Shown: one piece after another, positions 61,351 to 64,000 of the stretch | Numbering within the stretch: position 1 is the first letter of the stretch | How the letters are laid out: each line of letters begins with the position of its first letter | From: Cetorhinus maximus | Taxonomy: Eukaryota | Reading direction: 5' to 3' | DNA: 64,000 nucleotides | Assembly (NCBI RefSeq): GCF_964194155.1 | Contig: NC_135897.1 | Coordinates: 74,834,001-74,898,000 of the forward strand | Translations under genes and position numbers: made by a program | The notes under the pieces: generated by a model | The model's database searches: none | The model's input: the letters and a program-made list of their open reading frames with translations, nothing else | What the model was told of the DNA's origin: nothing

Positions 61351-62825
61351 ATGCATTGAACGTACCACAGGCAATATATCTGATCTGCAAGTTTCACCCT
61401 AACCTGATAGATGAATGTTGAAAATTCCACGGCCAAAATGATTCATTGCTGCATTCATTATGGCCCTGCGGCGGTTAGTTCTGGACTGAAATCCAAAATG
61501 CCATAGAAACTATGATGTGCTGTTTAATTCCTGCACAACAAACAGTTGGGTTTACTCACTGTGGAGGAAATATTTGTTGGAAAACATGCACTTTGTATAC
61601 TAGCCCAATGTATTCCTCTAATAGTACACTGAATTCATAAAGTGTTTGCACTTCTTTCAGAGAATCAATATTAAGCTACCCATGATGCAGCTAAGTACAA
61701 AAATGAATATTCCCCACCTCTCCCCCCAACATCCCTCCGACCCCCGTTTCCCTACTGTGGTGAAATATGGCAGTCTCCTCAGCATATATCAGTCAGAGAA
61801 AGGGATATATGGACCTTGCGTGGAACTCCGGAAATAACAAGCAATCTGGAACCTATCCCAGGATACTCACATGACCCAAGCACCTACCACACACACACAT
61901 GGACTATTGCCTGAGAGAAGCAGACAAAAACCACAAAATAATTTCCCTTTCCTAATATGTCAAAGGCCAGTGACCCAACCTCACAAGGCTTATTGCCATA
62001 TTTGTAAAACCTTTGATCCTCCCACAAAGTATCAAAATCCCAGGGACTACCATAAAGCTACTTTGACCTTCCCCTTCACATTGTGCATATAATTGGAACA
62101 GTGTACTAAGTACAGACTACCCTAACGTATTCCTTTAACTATCTCATGTTCCAATTCCACAATACCTTCAGATGTGTATATATACTTTTTCCTTTTAAAC
62201 AAAAAATTATCTAACTTTCAAAATATTTGCATAGCTTTACCCCTGACTGCAGCATATATAACTAACTAAATTTGTTGACTAATTCAGAAGTTCTTCAGTT
62301 AAATGTCATTTGAATATTAAATCTAGTGTGTATGGTTGTACTTGCGCTTTAACTTCAATAAGTAAAAATCTTTTGAGTTCATAGCAGAATCCCTGTAGAT
62401 TTTTCTGTTGGCGTAAAGTGTTAATGCCTGTTTGGATGGAAGACTATGCCCATCTGCCTTATTTTCTTGAATGTTGCATGCTTCTGGAGTTTAACTGTTC
62501 CGTACAGAATCTGGCCCAGCTAGATTACTCCAGCTCCCTCTGATCTACCCATCTTACAATTGTACATTCTGATTCTTTTCATTGGTGGTGCAGTTTATAT
62601 AGCAATAAGATACAGGTGAAGATACTACCTTTTGAAAAAAGCACAATGAATGAATGCATAATCTGCACTTTTAGATGTGAATTGCATTGACGACATGAAG
62701 TTAGATTTGCATCCTCTAGGTACAACTGTGCAAAATTGCTGAAGAACAAATATAAAGGTAAATCCTTAAAACTGATACATTTGTCATGTTTAACAGGATG
62801 CCATTTTCTCCATTTTATTATTCAG

Positions 62826-62941
62826 GTCTGTAAACAGATTTGGCTGGGATTGTACGATGAAAGGTCATCAGTTTATCCAGATTTCAGAGATCCTCAGAAA
62901 GTCAAAGATTTCCTGCAGGAAAAATACGAGAAGAAAAGATG
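62826..62941 (+). CDS. AGFG1: AGFG1 exon 3 (gene continues beyond the window)
   Basis: AG/GT bounded, 116 nt; VCKQIWLGLYDERSSVYPDFRDPQKVKDFLQEKYEKKRW. Confidence 0.97.
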
Positions 62942-64000
62942 GTAAATGTTAAACCTCTGGTTGTTCATGTGGCCTGGTAAAACAGTGAGATGTGCCAGTT
63001 AGCCCCTGTGATATTCAAAGCAAATTCAGCTCATCTGCTGTCAGGCCTTGGCTCAAAATCTATAAGTAGAACATTAAAGCATGAGAGGATTGTGCACATT
63101 CGTGCCAATGACGAGGCACTGAGCTTTGTGTTACTAATGCTGGGAAGCGCATAGGAAAGTACAAATGGAAGATGAAGTACCATGATGGGAGGAAGCAAGT
63201 GGAATGGGAGGTACATGTAGGATATTATTACATGGGAAATGTAGCACTTATAAGGCATGATACAAGGAAATTGGAAATATGTAGGGAGATGTTTTGGGAA
63301 AAAGGCGAATGTGAAGACAAAATAAGTGTCAGCACATTCTGAAGAGTGATGCAGATACATAGGAAATGTATAGGGAATGGAGAAATGTGTGGTGAAGTGT
63401 GCCATGTGGAAGGGGAAGAACCGCCATGGAGAAGGAAAGGGAGATAACAGGCATGACTTCTGGTGCCATGTTATGGCCCAGTGAACAAAGTAGTAGCCTA
63501 GTTCTAGGTATGCTGTGAATTAAACTTATTCTATTTGGAGATATTTCCATGAGGGTCCCCAAATAATGGAAGCACCATATGTGGAGTGTCAACTTTCCAA
63601 TATCAATAGTCATGTAGGATGACGTGCAGGTGGTTCACTTAGGGTTCCTACAAGCTGTTATGACTGGAACATAAATATTATTTTTTAAATTATTCAGAAG
63701 CTCAAAGATTCTAACCCAGAATCCTTTAACTTTAGGACGTCCAAAACAGATGACCAAAAGTACCTTGGCTTTCAGCACATCTCCACAGGTACCACTTTGT
63801 CATAGTCCCACTTCAATTATTGTAATGGGTGTGACGGAGGCACTATTAAGAATCTTAAATTGGAGTAAACAGAAATGATCATAATTGTTAACTAATAAAT
63901 GCTTTTGCATAACATTCTATCTCTCACACATAGCATTTGCCTGCTGGTCCTTTGCACATTTTCAAAACTGAACTTAAATCTTTAGGACTACATTTAATAA

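Noticed and set aside
62855-62872. GATGAAAGGTCATCAG in AGFG1 exon 3 resembles the hammerhead-bearing repeat
   Set aside because: It lacks the CUGA start, the second stem II strand and GAAA, and it encodes part of the conserved ArfGAP domain; coincidence.
63140-63460. Purine-rich stretch with recurring GGAAAT(G)TA and a 124-aa minus-strand ORF
   Set aside because: Low-complexity degenerate repeat with no splice or protein-family support.

Overview
This is vertebrate genomic DNA, most likely from a cartilaginous fish (shark-like repeat landscape, inferred), not a prokaryote. Four spliced protein-coding genes can be reconstructed exon by exon. These are the last two coding exons and 3' UTR of MFF (+), a complete 4-exon MRPL44 (+, 329 aa), a complete 4-exon TM4SF20-like gene (-, 241 aa, apparently with a GC-AG intron), and the first three coding exons of AGFG1 (+). 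The rest is mostly retroelement-derived: CR1-group, CR1 and L2 LINE fragments, a young Tx1 insertion, RTE and Vingi-like fragments, young and old Penelope-like elements, tRNA-headed SINEs and solo LTRs. Almost all ORFs in the supplied track are retroelement remnants or spurious. The most notable observations are: (1) minimal type I hammerhead ribozyme motifs in Penelope termini, with an A6C core variant in the young subfamily; (2) a TSD-flanked fold-back of two ~185-bp arms carrying one such motif in the MFF 3' UTR; (3) seven tandem NRF1-type palindromes directly upstream of the MRPL44 ATG; (4) a LINE whose 5' end is the same tRNA-like Pol III head as the local SINEs. I see no evidence for a wholly new multi-gene system. 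All identifications rest on recognising sequences from memory; no searches were run.
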